Origin: Thermodesulfobacteriota bacterium
GTDB taxonomy: Bacteria; Desulfobacterota; Desulfobacteria; Desulfobacterales; C00003060
Reading direction: 5' to 3'
Assembly (NCBI GenBank): GCA_034189385.1
Contig: JAXHVD010000002.1
Location: forward strand, 96,001 to 160,000
Length of the DNA stretch: 64,000 nt
In this document: positions 41,028 through 51,984 of the stretch, in pieces
Numbering within the stretch: position 1 is the stretch's first letter
Layout of the letters: each line of letters starts with the position of its first letter
The notes under the pieces: generated by a model
The model's database searches: none
Told to the model about the DNA's origin: nothing
What the model saw: the letters and a program-made list of their open reading frames with translations, nothing else
Translations under genes and position numbers: made by a program

Positions 41028-41804
41028 CTATCTTTCGCTTTGTTCCAAATCCTTTGACCGGTCGCGGCTGAGATCAATCCGGCTAAAATCGCTTTCCCCT
41101 TCAGGTAGAATCATAAAAAAACGGTTGCAGATGTCTATTTCCGCCGTTCCCTTTTCAAGGGTAAACTCAAGGATGTGGCCGCCTGATTTGGCGTCGCCTG
41201 ATATGAAGTGTAAGTGATAGCCAGGCACTCCGATGCCCTTGACGTAAGGTGGAGATCTGAACCCAACAATGGTGCCGGACACGTTGCAAAGGTCAAATAC
41301 CGGCTGATGCTTTGTCACCTCGGTGAGGGGGGGATAGGGCTTGTCTTGAGGGGGAACGCTTCTGGTTTGTAGGGCCGAAAAGGTGCCAGTGACCTTCACG
41401 GCGCAAAAGGCATTCATATTCGGTGCGGCCTCATTCACCATTGTTTCAAGACCGTGATAGTCTATACGACTTTCAATCTCTTTGGTCACATCCGCATCAA
41501 ATGCTACCACCGAGGCAAAGGGGGTGGTGAGATCAAGAGGGGGAGAGCAAACCGTGCCGTCATATCGGACCTGATAGAAGCTGCCCGTTAAGAGGATCAT
41601 CTCTCCGTCAAGGCGGTCAAAGGTTCCAATGCCAAAATCCCCGTATGAGCGCAATTCCTCGCATGTCATCTGGCCGTCGTAAGCCCCGGCCAAAATGGCG
41701 TCTATCGTCGAGAATTGGGTGATCGTATTTGGTTGGGTGGAACAACAACCTGTAATAAACAAGACGAGGCAGATCAGAAATTGCTTCATCATGGTCCTTG
41801 TCAT
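41028..41804 (-). CDS. budA: Alpha-acetolactate decarboxylase with lipoprotein-like signal
   Basis: GDFGIGTF..LDGEM, TRSVP, GYHLHF, GGHIL; N-terminal ITGC lipobox. Confidence 0.9.
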   Translation of the reverse strand: MTRTMMKQFLICLVLFITGCCSTQPNTITQFSTIDAILAGAYDGQMTCEELRSYGDFGIGTFDRLDGEMILLTGSFYQVRYDGTVCSPPLDLTTPFASVVAFDADVTKEIESRIDYHGLETMVNEAAPNMNAFCAVKVTGTFSALQTRSVPPQDKPYPPLTEVTKHQPVFDLCNVSGTIVGFRSPPYVKGIGVPGYHLHFISGDAKSGGHILEFTLEKGTAEIDICNRFFMILPEGESDFSRIDLSRDRSKDLEQSER

Positions 41805-41862
41805 TGTGTCCTTCCCCTTTCTGCTCCGTTCGGTCTTTGAGACACTCTCTTTTCCTTGGCTT

Positions 41863-42390
41863 TCAATGCCATTGACTGAGTCTTGCGGCCAATGATCTGA
41901 AGAATTCCACGGCTTCTATGTCTGCATGTCTTTGGCTCCAGACATGCTCACCCAGTCCTATCTGAGCCAACACATATCCCCCAATGCCCACTTGTCCGAT
42001 GGCTACATAACCTGTGGCGAGCTGCCCCAGACCAAGAAAAGCGCCAATGGCGACTTGCCCCAAGGCTGCCAGTCCTGTTGACGCCTGACCAACTCCAACC
42101 AGCACCCCAAGCCCCAGTTGGCCAATTGCAATAACCCCAAATGACGCATGGCCGATGGCAAGGATTCCCGTAGCGAGCCTTCCCACAGCCACCACCCCTT
42201 TGGCCACAATTCGCTTGCCTGTTTCTGGACAGATGCCACGGGTGTAGTGCACCAGTGGGAGCCCGAAAAAGTGACGATGGGATTTAAACTCCGCAAAATA
42301 CGCCCCCGTGGGATAGAGATAGCGACGCCACACGCCAAGGCGTGATTTTTCAACCCTGTATTCAATGTCGTCCAGCAGGAGATTTCTCAT
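41863..42390 (-). CDS. Hypothetical Gly-rich membrane-associated protein
   Basis: FFGLPLVH, AKGVVAVG and repeated AIG/GQ units. Confidence 0.7.
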   Translation of the reverse strand: MRNLLLDDIEYRVEKSRLGVWRRYLYPTGAYFAEFKSHRHFFGLPLVHYTRGICPETGKRIVAKGVVAVGRLATGILAIGHASFGVIAIGQLGLGVLVGVGQASTGLAALGQVAIGAFLGLGQLATGYVAIGQVGIGGYVLAQIGLGEHVWSQRHADIEAVEFFRSLAARLSQWH

Positions 42391-42422
42391 TAGTCATGAC
42401 CTGCAGCCCCAATGCCGAGAAT

Positions 42423-43178
42423 CTACTGGTCCGTGCGTAAGGGCTTCGTGTGTTTCCCCTTTTTTCGTCCAAAGGGACAGACTTTGATGCAAATTCCGCA
42501 GATCGGTGTACCTATTTCTGGGAGCTTTGCAAATTCCTCCGTGAGCTTCTCTGCACATCGGGAAAAATACATGGCCTCATCTCTACTGCCGTAATGGTTT
42601 GTCGTGTTGACACCCCTTATGGCCCCAACAGGACAGGCATCGCGGCAGAGCGTACACTCGCCGCATCGGTTTTCTAAAGGTTTGTCAGGGAGCAACGGCG
42701 CTTTTGTAAGGACGGTTGCCAGACGTACTCTGGAACCGTGCTGAGGGGTGATGATGAGGAGGTTTTTGCCTTGCCACCCCAATCCGGCCATTCGTGCCAC
42801 TGCCTTATGAGTAATAGCTCCACGCAGCTCTTTCTTATCTACAATCTGTGACGCTGGAATGGGTAGGCTGTAGAAACCACCATCCTGGAGGAGAAGAGCT
42901 GTCCGGAAGGCTATCTCATCAAGAATGCGGTTAGCTGTTTCGTAGACTGATTTGTAAATAGGCGTTGGCCTGTGGGAAATCATTTCAAATACCGAGACAG
43001 GAAGGGCAACAGCCATGGAAACTGCACTGACAAAGGGATCGAGAAGGTCAGGAGGGTAAGTCCTAAGCTCCTTTAGGGGGGTGATGTCTGCAACCCCGAC
43101 CAGAGTAGCCCCCCATTTAATCGCTTGAGCCTTAATCGTATTGGTGTAAGTATCAGACAACGGCTGTCCTTTTGTCAC
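42423..43178 (-). CDS. Epoxyqueuosine-reductase-like 4Fe-4S protein
   Basis: HKAVARMAGLGWQGKN, GSRVRLATVLT, CGECTLCRDACP, CGICIKVCP. Confidence 0.85.
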   Translation of the reverse strand: MTKGQPLSDTYTNTIKAQAIKWGATLVGVADITPLKELRTYPPDLLDPFVSAVSMAVALPVSVFEMISHRPTPIYKSVYETANRILDEIAFRTALLLQDGGFYSLPIPASQIVDKKELRGAITHKAVARMAGLGWQGKNLLIITPQHGSRVRLATVLTKAPLLPDKPLENRCGECTLCRDACPVGAIRGVNTTNHYGSRDEAMYFSRCAEKLTEEFAKLPEIGTPICGICIKVCPFGRKKGKHTKPLRTDQ

Positions 43179-43816
43179 GCCCGTGCCTTGCCACAGACCT
43201 TGTCCAGGAAATCACCTATTCCAAAGCCCTGCTGATTGAGGGTGTCATAGTCTATGGTCACATCAGCATAGTGCTTGTACAATCGCTCGCGGTTGGCCAG
43301 AAGCCTTGGGTAGCATCGTGCCAAAGCAGCCTTGTTGCTTTCCCCCGGCTCCTTGGCGAACAAATCTCGCCAGAGCACCGGCCGACGGCTGGCCAGATAG
43401 ACCCTCAACATGAGCTCCTGAACTTTGGGGGGCGTGGACAAATGGACGACGGTGGAACATTGCCGGAGCCTGGCCAAGATGTCTTCTCCCGTATAAATGG
43501 CACTACCAGTCGTATCAATGACGATCTTTTCCTCACGACGGTGGTCCAGACTCTCAATGTGTTCAAGGATTTCATTCAGCACTTCTATTTCTGAGGCCAG
43601 ATATATTGATTCACGGGCCCTATATTGAGGTTCGTAAGGAAAGCCCATCCAATAACCCAGTTCCATGACCCTTCCGTCTGGTCTCGTGAGTTCAGGAACC
43701 AGTTTGTGAGAAATCATATCGTCACAACAAAAACGCCTGAAACCTTGCTCGGAAAGCTTTATAGACCAAATGGATTTCCCCGAGCCGGACATCCCAATCA
43801 ATGCAAGACATGTCAT
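43175..43816 (-). CDS. Shikimate-kinase-like P-loop kinase
   Basis: GMSGSGKS, DTTGS, RP, R..LY...AD. Confidence 0.7.
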   Translation of the reverse strand: MTCLALIGMSGSGKSIWSIKLSEQGFRRFCCDDMISHKLVPELTRPDGRVMELGYWMGFPYEPQYRARESIYLASEIEVLNEILEHIESLDHRREEKIVIDTTGSAIYTGEDILARLRQCSTVVHLSTPPKVQELMLRVYLASRRPVLWRDLFAKEPGESNKAALARCYPRLLANRERLYKHYADVTIDYDTLNQQGFGIGDFLDKVCGKARA

Positions 43817-43910
43817 AGAAGACAAATGGCCCTTTTTCTATTTGGATCATCTCCAAAAGAGTTGGAGTGATCCTGATCCCTTTTTCCCAGCTCAACTGGA
43901 AGAGAGTCCC

Positions 43911-44279
43911 TTAGAAAGTAATGAGGTATGTGACCATGCCCACAATGGACACAAAGCCCAGCAATATAAGGGAGATTAAGTACTCGTCACTTTTTCGGCG
44001 GTGTCTTTTAGTATTTATGACAAAGCCTGCAATACTAATGCAAAGTCCAACTATCATGCAGTAAAAGAAGTACTTCATCAACTCCAGGTCCCACGTGGTA
44101 CGGAGGCCTTCAGCCAACTTGGCAATGTTGCCTTTGTGATCGGGCTTGGCCACCGTAGGAATAAAGAGTGCGCCTGTCATGATAAGCCACCCAATGACCG
44201 CAAGCCATCTGATGGACCTAAACCAGAAATCTGGGCCTTTGCGCCTTCTTTGAGGGGGTGTAGGTCTGAATAGTGTCAT
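43911..44279 (-). CDS. Hypothetical 3-TM membrane protein
   Basis: GGAGG RBS; three hydrophobic segments; RRRKGPD and RHRRKSD basic motifs. Confidence 0.7.
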   Translation of the reverse strand: MTLFRPTPPQRRRKGPDFWFRSIRWLAVIGWLIMTGALFIPTVAKPDHKGNIAKLAEGLRTTWDLELMKYFFYCMIVGLCISIAGFVINTKRHRRKSDEYLISLILLGFVSIVGMVTYLITF

Positions 44280-44579
44280 GGGCAATCCTCCCGAGCTATG
44301 GGCCGAGGATAAGCCTCGAAAACCGGTTTTTGAAAAGCGATCAAAGCACGGACTCCCCTTAAGAGCTTTTCCGGAAATCAGGACTCCGCGCCACCTGTTT
44401 TTCGTGTGCCGAATCCATTGCCCTTCATGGGCGCCGTCACGGTTCCAGCGAGATCACAGTAAAAAAGAGCGTACGGTTTAATATCTTAGCATATCAACAG
44501 GTTTTCGCAACTACCAAAAAATTTTCAGATATGCACTGCTCACCTTTTCCGGTGCATACCCATGGTGCACCCCCCTTCA

Positions 44580-45917
44580 TTACTCCTGGGCCTTTTCGCT
44601 GTGACCTACACGGCAAGGGCCCCGTAGCCTCATCATGCACAGGCCCCACAATATGGCTGGGACCAGGCACAGGCATGCCATCCACCACAGCGTTCCGCCA
44701 AGGCCCACTGCCGGGTAGTCTATGGACCATCCGCCCATGGCAGCGCTGATGGCGCCAGCCAAGGTGAAGAGCGCAAATTCCGTTGCAAAGACCCTGCCCT
44801 GAATGTGGTTCGGCACCAGCTCCATGAGCAGCTGCGTTGAGAACACCCAGATGATGCCGCCGCCAACGCCCCGCAAGAGAATGCCAGTTAAGACGGTTCC
44901 AAAATTAAAAAGAGGCGCTGCAATGGCAACCCCCATGGCTGTCATCAGAAAGGAAAGGGCAATGGCGATTCGCAGAAACCGGTCTCGATCACGAGTGTAG
45001 CGGCGGGCAATGATGGGGCCAATGCCAGTACCAAGGCCCACGACGGCAAACATGAGCCCCATGCTGATAGCCCCTCCTTTGCCGATCACAAAAACCCTTT
45101 TGGCCAAGGCCACTTGGGCCACATGCAAGGCACCGGATGTGGTCAGGGCAAGGGCTGTTTTGTGCAGCACGATGGCAAGGACATCCAAACGATGACGCAA
45201 GTAACTGAGCCCTTCCACATACTGTCCCATAGCGTTGCGGATGCTGGTGTCGGTCCTTTCAGTCACACCGGGAGCGTGGTAGGAGATCCGGGCGATGAAG
45301 AGGGCTGAAAGGAAGAAAGACGAGGCGTCAATCAAGAATGCCGTATATACTCCAAAGGCACCGGCCACAAGCCCCCCAAAGCCGGTGCCAAGAGCCAACA
45401 TGACGGACCAGGTGGCTGAACCAAGGGCATTAGCGGCCCCGAGCTCTTTGGGGCTCACGAGGTTGGGCAAGATGGCATTCCTGGCGGGGAAGAAAAAGCC
45501 GCTCATGGCCAGTTGGACCGCCGTAAGGCCGTACAGCAGCCACACGTCTCTTGCGTCTTGTACAAGGAGAAAGCCAAGGACAACGACGCCCCGCCCTAAA
45601 TCCGTCAGAATCAGGAGCTTTCTGCGATCGTAGCGGTCAGCGGCCACGCCGGCCACGGGGCTTATAAGAAAAGGCGCCAGCCAGCGTACCACAAAGAGCG
45701 CCCCCACAGCCATGCCCGATTCCGTAAGGCTTGACACCAGGGTGGCTGAGGCGATGAGGTTCAGCCAGTCTCCCATGAGACTCACTATCTGGCCAAACCA
45801 GAGGCATCGGAACGGAGCGTTGCCGCGCACCAATTCTATATAGCCGGTTCTGTGGGTCTGAACGCTTGCTCGGTCCAAGACGGTTTGTGTCCCGCCCAAG
45901 TGCTTTTTCCCCAACAT
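44580..45917 (-). CDS. MFS transporter (DHA3/macrolide-efflux-like)
   Basis: FRCLWFGQIVSLMGDW, GVAADRYDRRK, GRVF; about 12 TMs. Confidence 0.92.
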   Translation of the reverse strand: MLGKKHLGGTQTVLDRASVQTHRTGYIELVRGNAPFRCLWFGQIVSLMGDWLNLIASATLVSSLTESGMAVGALFVVRWLAPFLISPVAGVAADRYDRRKLLILTDLGRGVVVLGFLLVQDARDVWLLYGLTAVQLAMSGFFFPARNAILPNLVSPKELGAANALGSATWSVMLALGTGFGGLVAGAFGVYTAFLIDASSFFLSALFIARISYHAPGVTERTDTSIRNAMGQYVEGLSYLRHRLDVLAIVLHKTALALTTSGALHVAQVALAKRVFVIGKGGAISMGLMFAVVGLGTGIGPIIARRYTRDRDRFLRIAIALSFLMTAMGVAIAAPLFNFGTVLTGILLRGVGGGIIWVFSTQLLMELVPNHIQGRVFATEFALFTLAGAISAAMGGWSIDYPAVGLGGTLWWMACLCLVPAILWGLCMMRLRGPCRVGHSEKAQE

Positions 45918-46211
45918 GCTCACGGAGAGAGTAAAATGAATGTTTTACGACTCCAACATGATATGCCGCCACCTGTCTGGAAGGGGAGGACTCAAAAGGA
46001 AAAGAGATTTCTTGGCAGATATGTAGTGGATATATGGAAATCTGTCAAAGCCTTGCCAAGAATCTTCACGGACAAAGGCTAGGGTAGGGCCTATGAGAGA
46101 CTCTTTTCTGCCTTTCTCATGAGCCACCACGTTTACATCTCCCTGGGAGAGGTGATATGAAGACAAGGGTGTGCCCACACACGAGCGCATTCTCAAAAGG
46201 AGGTACAGCAT

Positions 46212-46490
46212 ATGGACTTCAGGGCACTGTTCACGACTTTCGGCATGATATTTCTCGCTGAACTGGGAGACAAGACCCAACTGGCCACATTCGCCCTTGC
46301 CTCTGAAAGCAAATCCCGCCTGGCTATCTTCCTTGGCTCTGCTGGTGCCCTGGTGCTCACCTCCTTGCTGGCCGTTGTCTTTGGATCGGCGGTGAGCAGG
46401 CTGGTCCCGGCAAACTATGTCAAGATAGGCGCTGGGGTTCTCTTTATTTTTCTGGGCTTGTGGATGGTGTTTTTCCAAGGAGGAGAATAG
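46212..46490 (+). CDS. UPF0016 (TMEM165/GDT1) family single-domain protein
   Basis: FLAELGDKTQL motif; 3 TMs. Confidence 0.93.
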   Translation: MDFRALFTTFGMIFLAELGDKTQLATFALASESKSRLAIFLGSAGALVLTSLLAVVFGSAVSRLVPANYVKIGAGVLFIFLGLWMVFFQGGE

Positions 46491-46541
46491 ATGACAGGCA
46501 CCAAAACTTTTCCTGCGGGCGACCGTTATCTTGGGGGGAAG

Positions 46542-46970
46542 ATGGGATTAAAAAGAGCAATAGGGTTGACAGGATTGTCTCTGTTGAGCCTTTTTTGGCT
46601 CATGGTGGGGTGCAGTGGGATGGCTTTCAGGGGACCGGCCCTTCATATAGAGCTGAGCGACCTAGAGATAGACGAAAAGGCCGTTGAAAAGGCCATGGCC
46701 CACATCGCCGCCATTGAACCCTCTCTACCAGAGGGCCTTCCTGGGGACGTCAAGATCCTGTTCACATTTCTGGGCCATACCGCGCCAGACACCCTGGTAG
46801 AGACAAAACCCCATGCAAATGCTCACTGGCGCCTGGATCGCATCTATCTGCTTGATGACTGTGTAGCCGTGCAGTTTGCAGAAGGCCATTACATGGAAAC
46901 GGTTTTTTTTGTAAGAACTCTTGCCGGTTGGCGCACGGCAGCGAGGATTCAACCTAAAGACCACTTGTAG
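46542..46970 (+). CDS. Hypothetical lipoprotein
   Basis: Basic N-terminus, hydrophobic stretch and MVGC lipobox. Confidence 0.6.
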   Translation: MGLKRAIGLTGLSLLSLFWLMVGCSGMAFRGPALHIELSDLEIDEKAVEKAMAHIAAIEPSLPEGLPGDVKILFTFLGHTAPDTLVETKPHANAHWRLDRIYLLDDCVAVQFAEGHYMETVFFVRTLAGWRTAARIQPKDHL

Positions 46971-47112
46971 CAGGAGCGAACTCAAGGACGGGGGAGAGGT
47001 TTCTGGTCAGCCAAGGCGACCAGTGGTAACGTCCAAGGGGCCACCACCCCAAAGGCCCTTTGACTTCTGTGAGGTCTAAGACACGGCACCAAGCGTGAAA
47101 GGGCTGTCTCTC

Positions 47113-48447
47113 TTATGGTTCGTAGTAGTAATCCAGCCCCAGGTGGGTGATTTGCTCCTCTCCCATAAGATAACGGAGAGTATTTTTTAGTTTCATGGAT
47201 TGAATAAAGAGATCGTGTTCGGGATAGAGCTCAGGTCCACATTGGGGACTCTTGAAATAGAAAGAGAGCCATTCCTGGATCCCTGTCATGGCCGCCCGCT
47301 GGGCCAGGTCCACAAAAAGTACCAGATCCAGCACGATAGGTGCCGCCAAGATACTGTCTCTACACAGAAAATCGACTTTTATCTGCATAGGATACCCCAG
47401 CCAGCCGAAGATATCGATGCAGTCCCACCCTTCTTTGTTGTCACCCCTGGGAGGATAGTAATTGATGGCTACCTTGTGATAGAAATCCCCGTAAAGGTCC
47501 GGATAGACCTTGGGCTGCAGAATAGTGTCCAGCACGGAGAGTTTACTCTCCTCTTTGGTCTTAAAGGAGTCTTTGTCGTCCAGGACCATGCCATCGCGAT
47601 TTCCCAAGATATTGGTGGAGTACCAACCGCTAAGTCCCAGCATCCTGGCCTTTAGGCCCGGTGCCAGGATGGTCTTCATGAGGGTCTGTCCCGTCTTGAA
47701 ATCCTTGCCTGCAACGGCCACCTCACACTGGTCTGCCAGTTCCACCATGGCAGGGATGTCCACCGTCAGATTGGGTGCCCCGTTGATGTACGGGACCCCG
47801 CTGGTGAGGGCCGCATAGGCATAGAGCATGCTCGGTGAGATCTGGGGGTCATTCTTTTTCAGGCCTTCCTTGAATGCCGACAAGGAGGCGTGCACCGGCC
47901 CGGGTTTCAGATAGGCCTCTGTGCTGGCACACCAGATCATGACGCAACGCGACACCATCTGTTCACGCTTAAAAGCGTCGATATCCGCTCTTAAGGCCTC
48001 AATGAGTTCCAGATGGGAGGCCTGAGGTTTCGCGTGAGTGGCCACGAGGTTTTTCACAAAATGCTGTTTGAAGACACCTGGCCAGGGTTGCAAGGCCTCA
48101 AGAAAGGGACGTACCGGATCGAGGTGTTCGGGTTTAAGGACCCCGGCCTCTTGGGCCGCCTGGTACCCATTAGCCGGTAAGATATCCCATCCGCCAAAGA
48201 CCAGGTCGTCCAGCTTAGCCAGGGGCGCAAAGTCCTTGATGACGGGTGTGCGATATTCAAACCGTTTGCCCAGGCGCACGGTGGCCATCTGGCTCACGGA
48301 CCCGATGGGAAGAGCCAGCCCTTTTCGCAGGGTCTCCACCCCTGCGAGAAAAGTGGTGCTCACCGCCCCTCCTATTCCTGGGATAAGGATGCCCAACTTG
48401 CCTTCTGCCTTTTCAATCTCCTCCTTGCGTTTCAATGCATCTTTCAT
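47113..48447 (-). CDS. ino1: Myo-inositol-1-phosphate synthase
   Basis: FGGWD, WCASTE, GKDFKTGQT, NILGNRDG, GDNKE, CRDSILAAP. Confidence 0.95.
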   Translation of the reverse strand: MKDALKRKEEIEKAEGKLGILIPGIGGAVSTTFLAGVETLRKGLALPIGSVSQMATVRLGKRFEYRTPVIKDFAPLAKLDDLVFGGWDILPANGYQAAQEAGVLKPEHLDPVRPFLEALQPWPGVFKQHFVKNLVATHAKPQASHLELIEALRADIDAFKREQMVSRCVMIWCASTEAYLKPGPVHASLSAFKEGLKKNDPQISPSMLYAYAALTSGVPYINGAPNLTVDIPAMVELADQCEVAVAGKDFKTGQTLMKTILAPGLKARMLGLSGWYSTNILGNRDGMVLDDKDSFKTKEESKLSVLDTILQPKVYPDLYGDFYHKVAINYYPPRGDNKEGWDCIDIFGWLGYPMQIKVDFLCRDSILAAPIVLDLVLFVDLAQRAAMTGIQEWLSFYFKSPQCGPELYPEHDLFIQSMKLKNTLRYLMGEEQITHLGLDYYYEP

Positions 48448-48897
48448 GATGGCCTCACATGACGTTGCGTAAATGCTGCTTTTAAGACTGCCAGGCCTTG
48501 TTGGTCTCGATCCTCTCGGCCCCACCCCTTTTCCTGTCAATGGGCCCGGCAAAAACGGGGTGGCCATTGATCAGTATCTAACATGGGAAATCTTTCGGCA
48601 AATGTCAAGGACCGCATGAAGCCCAGGGCCTCTGTTGGCGAAGGACCATAGAGGCAGCTCCGAAGATCCCTTTAACAGGGGGGCGCAAAGGTCTCAGACA
48701 GTCCCCCGACAAAGGGCCGTGGTCTTACTGGGGGCAATGTCTGCTGTGGCGCAGATAACTTAAAACTACAATATGTTGGAAGGCTTTTGCCTTGACAGGC
48801 TCCCCTGTTTTTCCTATCCTCGGCACCACGCAAACCGTAACGTTGGACAGGCCCGCATCCTGCTGGCACCTTACAGCTCCTCGGAAGAAGGTACACC

Positions 48898-50250
48898 ATG
48901 TCGGACGACCGCAGCAGAATCCTCTTAGAGACGATCAAAAGACTCCTCAGGCGAGATGCCGCGGTCCATCTCCACAAGATCGTCAACAAGACCCATGCGG
49001 CAGACCTGGCTGTCATCTTCCAGTTCACGACCCTCCGGGAGCAGGAAACCCTCTTTGACCTCATAGACAGCACTGAGAAAAAGGCCGTGCTCTTCAGTGA
49101 GTTGGAGCAGGAAACCCTTTTGGGCCTCATCGAAGACATGCCGGCCGAAAAGATCGCAGAGATCCTTGAACAGATGCCGACGGACGACGTGGCTGATCTG
49201 CTCGGGAAACTCTCTGACGAGCGGGCCAAGACCCTCCTTGATCTCATGACCAAAGAGGGCTCTGAAGAGGTGGAAGGGCTGCTCGTCTATGATGCCCAAA
49301 CAGCCGGCGGTATCATGCTTCCGGACTTCATTGCCCTAAAAGAGGATTCCACGGCAAGAGAGGCCATTGAGGCCCTGCAAAAAGAGTATGTGGATGTGGA
49401 GATGCCCTTTTATCTCTACGTCATAGACGACCACGACAATCTGGTAGGCGTCATCTCCTTGAGGCAATTGGTGGTCGTGCCTCCTGAAACCAGGCTCAAG
49501 TCCATCATGACCACGGACGTGGTCAGCGTTCAGACCAATATGGACCAGGAAGAGGTGGCCAGAATTGTTGCCCGCTATAATGTCCTAGCCGTTCCCGTGG
49601 TGGACGAAAACAAAAAGTTGGTAGGAATCGTCACGGTAGACGATGTGATCGACATCATCCGAGCAGAGGCCACAGAGGATATCCTGAAAATGGCAGGAGC
49701 CGGTGGGAACCTGGTGGAATCGCAGTCTCTGTTTCGGAGTGCCAGGATCAGACTCCCGTGGCTTCTGGCCAGTTGGATCGGCGGCATCATTGCCTTTTTG
49801 GTTATCAGCCATTTTCAGACCGCGTTGAGTAAACTCGTCTACCTTGCGGCTTTCATACCGATCATCATGGGCATGGGGGGAAACATCGGGACCCAGTCTT
49901 CTACTATTGTGGTTCGCGGGCTGGCCACGGGCCAGCTGGACATAAAGCAGATATGGCAAGTCGTCCTAAAGGAGCTAGCGGTGGGATTCCTTCTCGGCTT
50001 TGTATATGGGGCCCTCGTGGGACTCATCGCCCACATTCGTTACGACCTCTGGCTCCTGGGGGTAACCGTTGGCCTGGCTGTCATCAGTTCCATGACCATT
50101 GCCGCCATGGTGGGGTCCCTGGTACCCATGGTCTTTGCTCGCATTAATATCGATCCGGCTGTTGCTACCGGACCCTTTGTGACCACGTCTATCGACATCC
50201 TGAGCGTATCCTTCTACTTCTGGATCGCAACCTTGCTTCTCCGTATTTGA
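48898..50250 (+). CDS. mgtE: Magnesium transporter
   Basis: N-domain, CBS pair, RLPWL, MGGNIGTQ, DPAVATGPFVTT. Confidence 0.97.
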   Translation: MSDDRSRILLETIKRLLRRDAAVHLHKIVNKTHAADLAVIFQFTTLREQETLFDLIDSTEKKAVLFSELEQETLLGLIEDMPAEKIAEILEQMPTDDVADLLGKLSDERAKTLLDLMTKEGSEEVEGLLVYDAQTAGGIMLPDFIALKEDSTAREAIEALQKEYVDVEMPFYLYVIDDHDNLVGVISLRQLVVVPPETRLKSIMTTDVVSVQTNMDQEEVARIVARYNVLAVPVVDENKKLVGIVTVDDVIDIIRAEATEDILKMAGAGGNLVESQSLFRSARIRLPWLLASWIGGIIAFLVISHFQTALSKLVYLAAFIPIIMGMGGNIGTQSSTIVVRGLATGQLDIKQIWQVVLKELAVGFLLGFVYGALVGLIAHIRYDLWLLGVTVGLAVISSMTIAAMVGSLVPMVFARINIDPAVATGPFVTTSIDILSVSFYFWIATLLLRI

Positions 50251-50255
50251 ACCTC

Positions 50256-51032
50256 ATGTCGCATCTGTCTTCACCTGCCATCATGCTGCGGGCTATTGAG
50301 CATGGTGACTACGACAAGATCATTACCTTCTTTACCCTCAGCAAAGGCAAAATGGCCCTCTTGGCCAAAGGGGCCAAGAAGAGTGTCCGGCGTTTTGCAG
50401 GAATCCTGGAACTCTTTTCCATCCTGAATGTGGTGTGGACCTATGGCCGTGGCAGAGGGCTGCCGATTTTGCAGGAGGCCTCCATGGTCTCTCCTTTTGA
50501 GGACATTCGAACGGACATCGTTAGGACGGCCTATGCTAGTTGCTGGTGCGAGATGGTCTCCCTGTGGATGGAGCAGGGCCAGAGGCAGGTTGCTGTGTAC
50601 AAGCTCCTGGCATACCTCTTGGATCAGCTCAACGCCGGCCTCCTCTCCCCGGAGCCCCTGCACATTGCCTTTCAGCTGCGCTTCATGGCCATAAACGGCT
50701 TTAGGCCGAGCCTCGAACGCTGCAGCATCTGCGCCTCGGCCCTCAACGATTTTCAGCACCCTGCTATTTCATTCGATGTGAAAAGGGGAGGCGTCCTGTG
50801 CGAAAAATGCGGCGCCGGCAGAGCAAGCCGCCTGCATCTTTCCAAAGGAACCATCAAGCTCCTGTCCTGGGTCTTGAAGGCACCACTGGAAAAACTGAAC
50901 CGGGTGCGGTTCTCCAGGCAGGCCGTTGACGAGACGATGCACATGCTGGAGATCTTTGTCCCCTACCATCTTGGAAAGGAGACCAAGAGCCTGAAGTTCC
51001 TGAAACAGCTGGGTCCTGGCCTGCCCAATTGA
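50256..51032 (+). CDS. recO: DNA repair protein RecO
   Basis: [14 protein letters not shown]...AKGA, Zn finger CSIC...CEKC. Confidence 0.92.
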   Translation: MSHLSSPAIMLRAIEHGDYDKIITFFTLSKGKMALLAKGAKKSVRRFAGILELFSILNVVWTYGRGRGLPILQEASMVSPFEDIRTDIVRTAYASCWCEMVSLWMEQGQRQVAVYKLLAYLLDQLNAGLLSPEPLHIAFQLRFMAINGFRPSLERCSICASALNDFQHPAISFDVKRGGVLCEKCGAGRASRLHLSKGTIKLLSWVLKAPLEKLNRVRFSRQAVDETMHMLEIFVPYHLGKETKSLKFLKQLGPGLPN

Positions 51033-51111
51033 TCCCTTTACAAACCATGGGTTTCAGTGTATCCATGGTGCGAAAGCTGTTGGAATAAATGAACATAAGG
51101 ATAATAAAATC

Positions 51112-51984
51112 ATGATTTTCCAAAAACTGATTCAGACTCTTGAGCGCTTTTGGGCTCGTCACCAATGTATCTTGCAGCAGCCTTATGACCTGGAGGTGGG
51201 GGCTGGTACCTTCCATCCCGACACCCTTTTGAGGGTCCTGGGCCCTGAGCCATGGCGGGTCGCCTATGTGGAACCTTCCCGCCGACCCACGGACGGCCGG
51301 TACGGTGAAAATCCAAACCGGCTTCAACACTACTACCAGTATCAGGTCATCCTCAAGCCGTCGCCCATGAATATCCAAGACATGTACCTGAAGAGTCTCA
51401 GGGCCCTTGGTGTCGACCCCTTGGCCCATGACATCCGCTTTGTGGAAGATGATTGGGAATCGCCGACCCTTGGGGCATCAGGCCTTGGCTGGGAGGTATG
51501 GCTTGACGGCATGGAAATCACTCAGTTTACCTATTTTCAGCAGGCTGCCAGCATTGAACTGGCTCCTGTTTCTGTGGAGATCACCTACGGCCTGGAACGG
51601 ATTGCCATGTATCTTCAGGAGGTGGACAATGTCTACCACTTAAAATGGACCGACTCCATCTCCTACGGGGACCTGCACCACCAGGCAGAGGTGGAGCATT
51701 CTGCCTACAACTTTGAACATGCCGATGTGAACATGCTGCTCCAGCTCTTTGACATGTATGAGGCCGAGTGCCGGCGTGTGGTGGCCCAGTCCCTGATCCT
51801 GCCTGCCTATGAATACTGCCTGAAGTGTTCCCATACCTTCAACCTCCTCGACGCCCGTGGCGCCATCAGCGTCACCGAAAGGACAGGGTATATCGGCCGT
51901 GTCCGAAACCTGGCCCGCGCTTGCGGGGAGGGGTATCTGGAACAGAGAAGGGCCATGGGCTTTCCATTGCTGAACCAGGCATAA
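51112..51984 (+). CDS. glyQ: Glycine-tRNA ligase alpha subunit
   Basis: [37 protein letters not shown]. Confidence 0.99.
   Translation: MIFQKLIQTLERFWARHQCILQQPYDLEVGAGTFHPDTLLRVLGPEPWRVAYVEPSRRPTDGRYGENPNRLQHYYQYQVILKPSPMNIQDMYLKSLRALGVDPLAHDIRFVEDDWESPTLGASGLGWEVWLDGMEITQFTYFQQAASIELAPVSVEITYGLERIAMYLQEVDNVYHLKWTDSISYGDLHHQAEVEHSAYNFEHADVNMLLQLFDMYEAECRRVVAQSLILPAYEYCLKCSHTFNLLDARGAISVTERTGYIGRVRNLARACGEGYLEQRRAMGFPLLNQA

Noticed and set aside
48600..48897. M-box or c-di-GMP riboswitch upstream of mgtE
   Set aside because: Only an isolated GCGCAAAG; the required paired stems and tetraloop/receptor are not identifiable.
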